DNA from: Vicugna vicugna
Lineage: Eukaryota
Length of the DNA: 64,000 bases
Reading direction: 5' to 3'
Assembly: GCA_013265495.1 (NCBI GenBank)
Contig: MU058289.1
Coordinates: 372,001 to 436,000 of the forward strand
The notes below the pieces were generated by a model. The model searched no databases and was not told the DNA's origin. It saw nothing but the letters and a program-made list of their open reading frames with translations. Numbering within the stretch: the stretch's first letter is position 1; the number at the start of each line of letters is the position of its first letter. Positions 33,524-45,200 of the stretch are shown here, piece by piece. Made by a program: the position numbers and the translations under genes.

Positions 33524-35479
33524 ATGGGGCCCCCACGCCTCCTACTGACTACTGTGCTGCTCCTGGCCCTGGCGGTGCCCCGGGAAGCCTCCCAGCACTG
33601 CAGTCGCCTTGAGTACTGGAACCCTGACAACCTGTGCTGTGGTAGCTGCCTGCAGCGCTTTGGGCCGCCCCCTTGCTCGGGTGAGGAGCAGGGACTGGGC
33701 GTTTGCATATCTTCGGGAGGAGGTAGTGGGTGATAGGGAGCGAGGAAAGGGGCGAGGTCCGTGGGATACGGCTGGTGAGGCTTTCTTCGGGGTAGGGGCG
33801 GTGTGCCTTAGGTAGACAAGGCGGGGATGGGGGTGTGCTGAGCTTGCGAAGAACGGGATGGTGTGGGTTAAGAGAGGGTCGTTGTTAAGGGGTGTGACGG
33901 GTTAGAGAGGCGGAATCCGGGCGGTGAGGAACAGGTGGGCGGGGAATGGAAGGGGCGGGCAGAGAATAGGGGGGCGGGGCCTGTGTAGAGAAGGCTGGGA
34001 GACTGGCAGGGTAGTGTGGCGCTGATGGAGAAAGAGTGTGGGGCGCGTCCGCTGATAGGTTGGGTGAGTAGAGCATAACGGGCGGGGCCTACTGGGATTG
34101 GACAGACGGGAAAGGGCGTCGCTAGCACTAAGGAGGCGGGCTTGGCGGCCGAACATTAGACTCTGTCTCCCATTAGACTACGAGTTTTCGGAAAACTGCG
34201 GGCTCAATGACGCTGGCGATCACGTAACGCACCCCTTCAAAGAGTGTCCTCCTGGGCAGTGCAACCCCAAAAGCGCGGAGCTATGTAGCCCTTGTGGCGG
34301 CGGAGTAACGGCCCCCACTCCAGCGGGGAGTCACAATGGAAACCGGCGGCGCTGCAGAGAGGTGCTACTGGGACTCCGGAGAGCGGGGCAAGGGTGTAGC
34401 TTGCAGAAAGTTGGGGGTGTGAAGTGGGGACGGGACTGGAAGCGTGGCTTGGGGTCGGGTGGGCGAGGTCTGTATCAAAGGAAGGGGTGTAGCCAAGGGA
34501 AGAGGCTAGGGATGCGAGCATAGCAGTATCAGGTGACCTGCCTGGGTTAAGGAAGTCCGAGAGGGGGATGAAGGGACTGGGTCAGGTGGGATGTGCCCCA
34601 TTGCGGGTTATAAGGTTGGGAGGTTTGCGCTGAGGGGCCAAGAGTAGGGCGTGCCTCCCACTTTACTCCCCTTATTTCCAGAAGCCTGTCCCTAACAAGG
34701 AGCCCTGCCCCCTGACGCCTGGAAAACCAAGCATCCTTGGCTCCCAAGAGCCCGGCTCATCGGCGATTCCCAGGCTTTTGTGGACAACTGAGCAAAAAGT
34801 CCCTCAGCAGGCCTGGCCAGTTCTGAGTTTTGCCCTGTCCCTGGTGCTGGTTCTGATCGTGACTTCAGCCATGATCCTCCTCCTCGCCCTGCAAAGGCAC
34901 CGCAGTCGCTGCCACCAGGGGAAAGCTGTCCAACACCCCAATCCTGGCTTGGTTTGCAGCGACAACACCCACACCCTTTTCTTGCACTCGTCCTCTCCAG
35001 GCTCCCTGGAGGATACAGAGGCAGGGGACTCATGGAAGGAGGTCTCTCTGCCTCTGCTCCTAGGCAAGGGTTAGTCAAAGATACACCAAGGAGGGGGAAG
35101 GTGGACTGGAAACTTGTACTTCCCTCCACCCCTCCTCCTCCTCTGTTTCCCAGGGCTGCAGAGTCTGGAATCGCAGCCCCTGTCTCGCCTCCTGGATGAG
35201 CTGGAGGTGCTGGAGGAGCTGATCGTCCTGCTGGATCCTGAGCCTGGGCCAGGTGGAAGGATGGCCTGTGGTACCACCCGACACCTGGCTGCAAGATATG
35301 GATTGCCTTCAGCCTGGTCCACCTTTGCCTACTCACTGCGGCCCAGCTGCTCACCTCTGCGAGCCCTGATCGAGATGATGGTGGCAAGGGAGCCCTCTGC
35401 CTCTCTGGGCCAGCTTGGCACACATCTGGCCCAGATAGGGCGGGCAGATGCACTACAAGTGCTGTCCAAACTTGGCTGA
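33524..35479 (+). CDS. IGFLR1: IGF-like family receptor 1 (TNFR-like type I membrane protein), 351 aa (361 aa from the in-frame ATG at 33494)
   Basis: Exons 33524-33680, 34177-34361, 34682-35069, 35154-35479 (1056 nt). Signal peptide, Cys-rich CSRLEYWNPDNLCCGSCLQRFGPPPC, transmembrane VLSFALSLVLVLIVTSAMILLLAL, death-like tail LSRLLDELEVLEELIVLLDPE...GRADALQVLSKLG*. Confidence 0.95.
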
Positions 35480-35505
35480 TCTGGGGCTTGCCTGGCCCAG
35501 TACTC

Positions 35506-35517
35506 AATAAAAATAAA
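35506..35517 (+). terminator. IGFLR1 tandem polyadenylation signals
   Basis: AATAAA at 35506 and 35512. Confidence 0.8.
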
Positions 35518-35942
35518 GTTTCCCTTGAAATAAGTGCCTGCTGTCTCTGGGCCTTATTAAGGGGTCCTCTTAAGATAGTCTTAATTGGGCCAAAACCAAC
35601 AGACATCCTCAGTCCCCTGCCCCGCAGGGAAGGGGCCAATTCCACTATATACACAAGACCAGATGTGGGTTGCCTCTGGGCAACCAGATTCCCATCTGAG
35701 AAACAGCCCTGCTATCCCTGGGAGAGCTCATCTACACGCACTCAGCGGGGTTCTACATTTATACTCTGAGCTGTAAAAGACCCCACAAGTTGTTTCTAAT
35801 TCTGAAAGATGGCTTCTCACCGACCTGTTCAGGCTGATGGGCTACCCTGGCTCGGGATGAGTATGGGGCACAGAGAAATGAGCTGTTACCTGTCCCCAGC
35901 ACCATACAAATAGGAAGACCACCTCTCCAAACATTGACAGAC

Positions 35943-35948
35943 TTTATT
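35943..35948 (-). terminator. KMT2B polyadenylation signal AATAAA
   Basis: TTTATT on + strand about 280 nt past the stop. Confidence 0.8.
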
Positions 35949-36227
35949 GTGGGGGGTTCCCACCTGGGATCCCACCCTCTTAAATAAAAAAGTGCATAGA
36001 AAAGAAGGGATTTAGAAACCTTTGTACAATATCTACATCCTGGGCCCCCAGGACAGGAAGGGGGCGATTGCTGGGTGGGCTGGAGGGATGGAGGCAGGGC
36101 CCTTGCCACCTGCATGCCCACATCCACCCTGAACATGAGAGTGGGGGTGAGATGCTCTGGGAGGGACGAGGGAGCCCCCAGGCTAGGGGCAAGATGGCAG
36201 CAGGGGGCGTGGCAGGTAGCCACGACT

Positions 36228-39200
36228 TCAGTTAAGGAACCGACGGCAGCGCTTGGCGCCACAGTTGCAGGGCAGCTTGTTGCTGGCATCCTCAATGGGG
36301 AACTTGTAGTCATAGGTGAGCTCCTCACCACGCAGGATGCGGCGCAGGGCGAAGATGACGATGTGCTTCTGGCCCTCCACGTGGATGACTCGAGAGAAGC
36401 AGTTGGGTTCACAGGAGTGGTTGATGAAGCGGGCGGCATTGCCATGCATGGTGGCATCCACCACGTCAAAGTCATCCATGCGGAACATGTAGCACCCAAT
36501 GCCCTACAGGGACAGGGTGGGACAGTCAGAGGCTCTGTTCCCATGGACCACCCTGTTTCACCCGCCTTATTCCCATGGCCTGACAGAGCTTACCTTCCCA
36601 TCATAGAACTTCTCCCGCTTGTCAGTCAGCACAGAGCGAATGACAATACCAGAGTACTCAATGACCATCTCGCCAGCGTCAATGTTGCGTTTACAGAACA
36701 GTCCCCTCCCATGGATGGCAGATCTGCAGGGTAGGACGGGCAAGGGGGAGCTCAGGGGGGCAGGGGAACAGAATCAAGGCAGCCCACACTAGGGCACCTG
36801 TCCATCCACCCAAGGGGCATCCTCCCCCCAACCCCACTAACCTGTAGACACCCACAGCCTCTTTGGATGTCTTCTTGAGGTGGCGAAAGCGCATGGCCAT
36901 GGGCAGCTCCAGACTCGTGGCGCGTCTGGTGGGGGATGGCAGTGTCACACAGGCTGGTACCCAGGAATGAACTCTCTCTTGCCCTGGTCACCCTCCTCTT
37001 CAGGACCCTTCCAGACCACCCTCAGCACCCTGACCTGCCCTCCATACCTGGTTGACCTGAGCTGCACCTCATCCTCTTCCTCGTCACAGGTGGCTCCCTC
37101 AGGGAGAACCCGGTGCTGGGAGGCCAGGAAATTGAACATGTCAAAGGTGCACTTCCTGCAGGTGGGAGGGAGGAAAAGAGGGAGGTTCACAGCCGTTCTT
37201 TCAAGAAAATGCTACCCCTATCTATTCTTTGGCCTGAGTCCACTGCTGGTAGGGTAGGAGGAATACTGCTACTATTGAAGACAGCAAAATGGGCAGATGA
37301 GGTTCATTCTGCTGATGCAAACTCCAGAAATACTTTCTGGAGTAGTCTAGTGTCTTCTCCTCAGACCTCAGTTTCCAATCCGTACAGACTTAATTCCCAT
37401 CCTTGAGAACTCCTACAGGGCTATCCCAACCCAGGCACCACACCCCAGACCTCTTACCGGAGATAGACCTCAGCGCGGGCAGCCCCATGGGGATTCAGGG
37501 GTGGCTCCTCCTGGCCCTCTCCCTGCTGGTGGTAGCGGAACTTATAGTGCTGACAGCGCTGGGCTCCAGGCAGTTGCTCTGCCAGGAAGATGACAGCATC
37601 GTGGTGGATGCCCAGGAGCCTTGCCCCACTCATTCCTAATGAGAGTCAAAGGTGAGGACACACAAGTCATGCTGGAGGCCCATCTTGTCATCCAGGAGTC
37701 ATCCCAGCCCCCAGCATCCCTGTGGACCTCCTCAGATACCACTAAAGGAGAGATGTCTGAGCCGGGCATGTCCTCGGGCCTCTTGCACCTTCTCAATCAG
37801 AGTTCTCCACGCCCCTGGGGAGAGGGCAGGGCCAGAGCAGTCAGGATGGTGTTCTATGGGAACCTTCCCTCCCTGTCACTGCTACTCCCAACTCACCCTC
37901 CAAGCTCTCTGCCTCCACGCTGAACCCATCCTCACTGCTGATCTCGAAACGGAGATGTGGGCCAGCCCGTTTAGGAGCCTGGTTCTCTTTGTCTTCTGGG
38001 GACGGAGGCTCTTCTTCAGAGCTTGAAGCCTCACCTGGTCCCAAGGAGCAGGTCAGAGTTGGTGAGGATCACCCCTCCTGGACACAAAAGTCCCTGGTTC
38101 CCCCTCTGCCTTCCCTTCGTCCCTGTGCTTATACGCACAGACAGTGGGTCTGATGGCCCTGCTCCTGCAATATTTGCCCAGTGAGCCCTACAGAAGGGAC
38201 ATTATTTTTCCTAAAGGGCCTGCAGTCCCTTTTCTGCAGGACACACTTAATGGCTTACCCAAACACAATCTACCATAAATGTCCATCTACCCCTCTTTCT
38301 TCTCTGTGTCACACAAAACATAAAATACTGGAGAATTATTATATTTTGCACATGCATTTTTTTGAGTGCAGTACATTTCTGTAGACACTACCAATATATT
38401 ATTATAAAGGCCTATACTCAGAGAATCAAGTGTAGGTACACAATGAGGGATTTCTCAAGGGCTAAAAATTTTAAAGCTAGAAATGACACGACTAGCTGAC
38501 ACAGTTGATGCAGCTATGAGAGAAGGTGGCAGTGGTGGTGGGGTCAAGGACAACTCTGAAGTGTGGACACTGAACAACTGGAAGTATGAAACTGCCACTG
38601 ACTGAGATGGTGAGGGAAGAATGAGCTTGGGGTGAAGGTCGAGAACTCAGTTTGGGACACGTTGAGTCTGAGATTCCCCTTAGAAAGCCTCCCCTTTCAA
38701 CTTGCTGGTGGAGATGGCGAGCAGGCAGCAGGATATAGCAGCCTGGCTAGTGATCTGGGGGCTCTCAGAATTGAGATGAGATTTAGAGCCAAGAAGCCAG
38801 ACAGGAGCACCTGGGAGTGAGTGAGGACAGAGAAGTCAAGGCCAGGGCCCTGGAACACACCACAGGTTGGGGCAAAGAGGAGGCATAACCAGAAATGAGG
38901 AGGGAGGTGGGCTTTACGGAGGGAGGGATCAGTGGACCAAATGCTGCTACTGGCTCAAGTAGGATGTGAATTGAGGGCTGACCACTATACCTGAGTTGAG
39001 GGGGGCAAGGGGCAAATGTTTGAGTGGAGCACACTTTAGGAGAGGCAAGACTCACGCGGCCATACTTTATCCCCACATCACTTGTCTGGGCCAACCTGTC
39101 CATGTGCCTTCACGGCCCTAAGCAAGAGTCTAAACCTAACTCTTACTGTGGGATCCACATCATCTCCAGATCTCACACTGCCCCGAGGTCCACCTCTGAC

Positions 39201-42200
39201 TTCTACCTTTCCCCATCCTCACTTCCATTCTGTTCCTTGAACACAACAGGACAGACTAGGGAGGCCTCGGCAGGGCACATTCACTGTCTTCTTTCTCACA
39301 GCACTCACCCTTAAGTTAGAGTGCACTTGCTAATGCACGTGTCTGTTTTCTCTAGCAAAATGTAGCCTAGTCTCTAAGGGCAGGGACCTGCCTGTCCTGA
39401 TCATTGCCATATCCTCATGCCATCTCTGACCCCTGTAAGCAGCCTTTCAGTTAAACAGCCTCAGTCTATTTCATTCCACTTCCATACTCAGCAGCTGAGC
39501 TCTGCATAATAAGAAAATCTACACATCTAGACAGGACTGAAGTCACAGGAAATCCCAAGCTTCAGACTACTCAATTACCAGCTTACTTGGCTGTAGCCCA
39601 CCCCCTCTCCCACTTCCCTCCATGACCAACAGAGAACTGCCCTTCCAGTTTCACTGAGTCTATCAGCCAAAACTGCTCCAAGTGCTCCCAATCTGCATAC
39701 TGATGTCTCATACCTCTCCAAGTAGAGGCATAACTCGGAGATACTGCAGGTTCTGTTCCAGAGCACCACAATAAAGTGAATATTGCAATAAAGCGAGTTA
39801 CACAAATCTTTTGGCTTCCCAGTGCATAAAAAGTTATATTCACACTATACCATAGTCCATTAAGTGTGCAACAGCATAGTCTTAAGAAAAACAACATACA
39901 TAGATAAACAAGATTATACTGTATAGCACAGGGAAATATACACAAAATGTTATGATAACTCACAGAAAAAAAAATGTGACAATGAGTGTGTATATGTCCA
40001 TGAATGACTGAAAAATTGTGCTGAACACTGGAATTTGACACAACATTGTAAAATGATTATAAATCAATAAAAAAGGTTTAAAAAAAAACCAACATATATA
40101 CCTTAATTAAAAAAATACTTTATTGCTAAAAAATGCTAACCATCATGTGAGACTTCAGTGAGTTGTAATCTTTTTTTTGCAATAGTAACATCAAAAATCA
40201 CAGATCACTATAACAAATAAAGAAAAACTCTGAAATATCATGAAAATTACCAAAGCATGATTCAGAGACATGAAGTGAGGAAATATTGCTAAAAAATGAC
40301 AGACAGACTTGCTCAATGCAGGGTTCCCACAAACCTGCAATTTGTGAAAAATGAAATAAAGTGAGTTATGTCCGTACACCTTCCTCACCTACTTTCCTCC
40401 ATCTCAGGAGTCTCGTATTCAAACCTGACCGCCATGCCTCCTCCCATCTCCTTTTCCATCCATGAGTCCCCTTTGCCCTCATCCTTGACTTTGCTGTCTC
40501 AGCCCTCACACCAAACCTCTCTAAGCTTCTGCCCCACCTCCTTCCCCCGACTCTCAGCTGAGCTTTTTGGCAAGGTACCTGGGTGTTGTTCTGGCTTCAT
40601 CAACCACTGTCTTCAGTTCTGAACTCTAACACATCCTCCCCACCCTGTGCCTCCTGCCTGGACAGTACACCACTCCTAGACCCCATGTGCCTGGTGTCCT
40701 CTGTGGCAGCTGGAACCACTGACTACATGCTTCCCTGAGCCTCTGGGACACTACTCTCCTCTATCTCCTTCCTACTGTTCCTATCCCTCCTCTGGGTCCT
40801 AAGTGGGCTCCATCCTCACTGGATGATCCCCAGAACTTCATCTTTGGTTTTACTAGGTACCTAACCCTCTGACCCTGGTACACTAGGCTCTGAAGCCTCT
40901 TCCTGGACTCTTGGGCACACTGGACAGGCACTTTCAGAGGACCTCTCACATCAAGCTGAAACTTCATCTTTGTGTCTGTTTCTGCCACAAGCCATAAGCT
41001 CCCAAGGGTGTCTCTAACTCTAGCACCCGGTCTCAGGCTCATACCCAGCGTGCAACAACCAGTAGATGTTTTTTTTAAAAATGGATCAATTCTGTATGTC
41101 AGTTACTCAACTGAGGCAAGCACAGGGAAGGAGGCAGTTGAGAGGGAAAGGCTGGTCCCTACCTGAGTAGTGGTGCCACTGGGACTCAAGCAGCAGGTCG
41201 GGAGGACCATCAGGGGCCCGGGGAGGACCAACTTCTGGGAGTGGCAGCAGAGGGGATCGGTCCTGGAGGGGCCTGTGAGGAGAGACCTGTCAGGAGGAGG
41301 AGGGGACAGAGGTCTTGGAGCCTTCAGGGAAAGGATGCTGGCCACTCACCGTGGGCTTTCCCCCACAGCGGGCTCCCCAGGATCATCCAGGTCAAGAACT
41401 CCACGCACAGTGGGCGTTTTCATCCTCACTCGGCTAGACCTGGTGGTGGGGGGAACCGTGAGAAGGCTCAGTTGCTTTCTCCTGCCCACCTCTCTCCCGC
41501 TCTGCAGTCTAGGCACACTTACTTACCCACTGCCACAAAGCCCTGGACCCTGGGGGTGGTCCTCCAAGGAATCTCCATCTTCCTCGAGCCGAGGAGTCTT
41601 GCTTGGGGGAGGCACTGGTGGGGAACGGCCAGAGAAGGTGGACACCCTTTTGACGCGGATGGCCTGCCGGGGTGGGCTGGGGGGCCCACTGCTCAACACC
41701 AGCGTCAATGGAGGTGGGGGTGGGGGCGGGGCGGGACGGACCACCCCTACCACTGGCAACACCCCCAGCAGGGGTCCTGGGGGCAGAGTCCAGGATGCAG
41801 GGGCGGTGGGGGGGATGGCAGGGGGCAGAGGTGGTTGCTTCACTGGGGGTGAGACAGGTTCACCCTCCCCAGCCATCTTCACAAACACTTGCCCCAGCTT
41901 GTTGACAAGGATGATCTTGGATGTCGCGGGTTTAGGGGGCTCAGGGGCAGGGCCCAGGCTCAATACCCGGACCCCTGGAGCCCCAGGGAGCCAGGCAAAC
42001 GTCCGGGTGGGGTCAGCTGGGCTAGGGGGCAGGCCCTGAGGGGGCTGGCTGCCATTGGCCAGGGGAGGTGCTGGGGGGAGTGGCTCCTCTCTGGGCCCAG
42101 CACCCCCTTCCCCAGGCCCCCCTAGGTTCTTCAACACAAAATCCACAATTTCTGATGGCAAGTCCTCAGGAGGTCGGGCTCTGTCCCCTGCAGCCCCAAT

Positions 42201-45200
42201 GACCCCAGCCCGGCCGGCTCCTGGCCCTGAAGGAGGAGTTCCCTGGCCCCGAGGCTGCTGGACTGCCTCAGCCTCGCTGTCTGTGCCGTCATCCACTCCA
42301 TCCAGCTGTTCAATGCGGGGGGCTCCAGGGAGGGCTCCAGGAGCCAGAGCAGGGCCGGACACCACAGTCACAGGGAAGTGGACATAGCGGGAGGTGGGGC
42401 TGGCCTCCTCCTCTGAGCTGTCCCCTGGGCCCCCGTGGCTGCTCCCCACTGCCCCTGCGGCCACAATCTCTTCCTGGAAGGGCTCAGTCCCCAGCAGGCT
42501 GGCCGCAAAGTCCAGGTCAGCAGCACTCAGTCCTGACACCACCTCCATGTCCTCAAAGTCTGGGCCCAGGTCTTCAGGGGGTGGTAGAGGAGATGGGGCC
42601 CGGCCAGGGGGAGCCAGCTCCCCTGAGGTAGGTGTGAGCGCTCTAACAACTGAGGTAGGAGGGGGCACCCTGAGCTGAGGAGAGGTTCTGAGAGGGGGAG
42701 AGGCCCGCCGTGATGGTGGCAGCCTAGGGGCCAGGGGGCTGGGACGACGGGAGCGTCTGGGGGGAGCTGGGAAGTCCAGGTCTCCCACTGTAGGGATGTG
42801 GTGGGTCAGAGAAGATGGACTTCCTGTGGGGGGAAGGGTCAGTGTCAGCTTCCTCAGTCAGAGGAGCTCCTGCCTCACCCGGCCCCACCCCTCTCCCGGA
42901 CACTCCCAGGTACACACCAGGGGAGGGCAGAGGTCCAAAGGAGACACCCCCCAAGGGCCTCCGGGATGGTGAGTAGTTGGGCACTTTGATTCGAGCCCCT
43001 GAAAAGGAGCGAGGGGCTGGAGGAGGGGCGCTGCTTGGATCCGGCCGAAGTGTGGGGTCCAGGCTCTGAACGGGTGAGTGGTGCTCAGGAGCTCTAGGGA
43101 TAAGGGCATCTGTATCTGGTGGGGGGTCCACATGATCTGGGGACTCTAGAGAGGCAAGAGAACGACATCACGGGTGGCAGGGGCTCTTTGTGAAAGCCTC
43201 TCTTCACATTCCCTCCCTTCTTTTGAGCCAACTGTGCCTTTTCCTCCTGGCTCCTGACCTGGGCACAAGATGCATGGGTTTCCAGTCATTACCCAGATCT
43301 CAGACCCCTCTAAGGCTTCTGCAAAACATCCACACTGGGGTTGGAGTTCCTTTGTGATCCCTCCTCACCCATCCTTTGCCATCTCCCCATTTCCTAGCTG
43401 CCTACTGCTCTCTGATTCAGGCCCCACGCAGGGCACTGCCCTCTCTCCAGCACGGCAGGTCCTACCACTTTCTTACCTGCTCCACACATCCCTGCCACAT
43501 CAAACGCACCCACCCCATCTTGGCGCTTGCAGCTCCCCATTACCTGGCTCCACCCAATCTGTGCAAGCTGATCTCTGCTGCCTCCTCCCAATACTCCCTT
43601 GTTTCCAGCCAGGATGCTGTATCCTCCTCTCCTCTCTACTCCATGCCATGCTCCAACCCAGAACAAACACCTTACCAGTGAGCACACAATCCAAATCTCT
43701 TCCTCCTCCCACTCAGCCCACAACTACCACTCCCTTTACCTATCTCCAAGCCCGTTCTTTGCTCTGCGCCCTCCGGCCCTCAGCTACATCCCTCAGTGAT
43801 AGCATGGATGTGAGGGTGACAGTTTGGGAATTCAGTAGATCTAGGCTGGAATCCTAGCTCTACCACTGTCATTGTGGAGTGACTGCCCTTTTTAAGCTGC
43901 AAAGCCAAGCTTATACCTTCCTCAAAGGGCTGCGGGGAGCATTACACAAGCAGGTAGCCCCAGGTCAGGTGGCCATAAACACTCCATTTGTCCAAAAGTT
44001 GCCACCCCCAACAAGCAGGTAGCATGGTATTCTCCCTTCATCTCCCCTCACTTCTACTGAAATCCTGAGCACACCCCCAGCACACTATGCGTAGACATTA
44101 AGTTATCTTAAGTTACTGCCATTACAACAAATGGAAGAACGTCAGGCATCCTAGAGTTTCTTTAGGGGACAGGAGAGTAAGAGTTGGTAGGAAACCATCT
44201 GGGGAGAACAGCCTTCAGGGAAGTAAACAAGGGAGTTCCAAGGCTGTACCTGAGGAAGGGGCGGGGCTGTGCACAATGGTCTGGTTCTCTTCTGCTGCCT
44301 CCAGGTGAACTGGCTCTTCCCTCGGCCCCCATGGCCGATACTCCAGAATTCGGCACCGATACCAGCAGCGCCGCCGAGCATCTACCGTGCTCCAGTACAG
44401 ACGGGAGCACCTGTGGGGTGGACATGTGTGACAAGAAAGTCAGGACAATTTCAGAAACAAGATCCAGTCCTGGAGGCCCCCAACCCCACCTAGGCCCCCT
44501 GGACAGCTCACTGGTAGCCAACGGGGAAGAGGCGTCCCTCGCAGTCAGAGAGATCAGACAGAGTGCCCAAGGAGTCGATTCGGATGGAGCCTACGGTGCA
44601 GAGAAGAGGTCAGGAGGGTGGGCCCAGGCAGGGTGAGGAAGATCAGGGTAGAGAGCAAGTTGCTTACCAATAAGCACATTGATGGCATCAGGTTCAAGTC
44701 CCGTCAAGAACTTTCGCTTGAAGTTGATGCCCTCAAAGTCCACATAGACTCGGCGGAGAACATCAAAACCATCAGGGGTCACGATCTCCTGGGAGGTGGG
44801 TGGCAAATGTGGCTGCTGGATTTGTGAGGGGTGAGGGGGATGCGAGGGAAGGCTCTGGAGGCAGACACTGCAAAGTCAGGGGCTTGGCTAAAGGACTGGG
44901 GAAGGGGCTAAGGGAACAAGGAGGAGACACTGAGGCAGCTGGCGCCAGGTCGGAGGGGTTGCAGGGGTTCCTGAGCGGAGAAGGGAGCAAGAGCAGTGAG
45001 GAGCTCCTCCCCCAAGGTGCGGGCCCACCTTGCCATCCAGCAGGTCTGTGTGCTTCTGGCAGAAAACTTTCTTGTCATCCTGGAAGATGCAGTAGCTGGC
45101 CCGGGCACACATAAAGTGGAAGTTGCTGAGGCAGGAGGAAAGGCAGCAGCCCACCGTGGCTCCAGGCTTCAGGCAGAGCTCACAGCGCTGCAGGTGGAAG

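Noticed and set aside
34692..35654. 320-aa ATG ORF antisense to IGFLR1
   Set aside because: Mostly the antisense shadow of IGFLR1 exons; starts downstream of the KMT2B polyA signal with no evident promoter; no domain.
41170..42039. Long + strand ORFs opposite KMT2B (also 36075-36734, 53111-54031, 54086-54748)
   Set aside because: Antisense shadows of Pro-rich, GC-rich coding exons.
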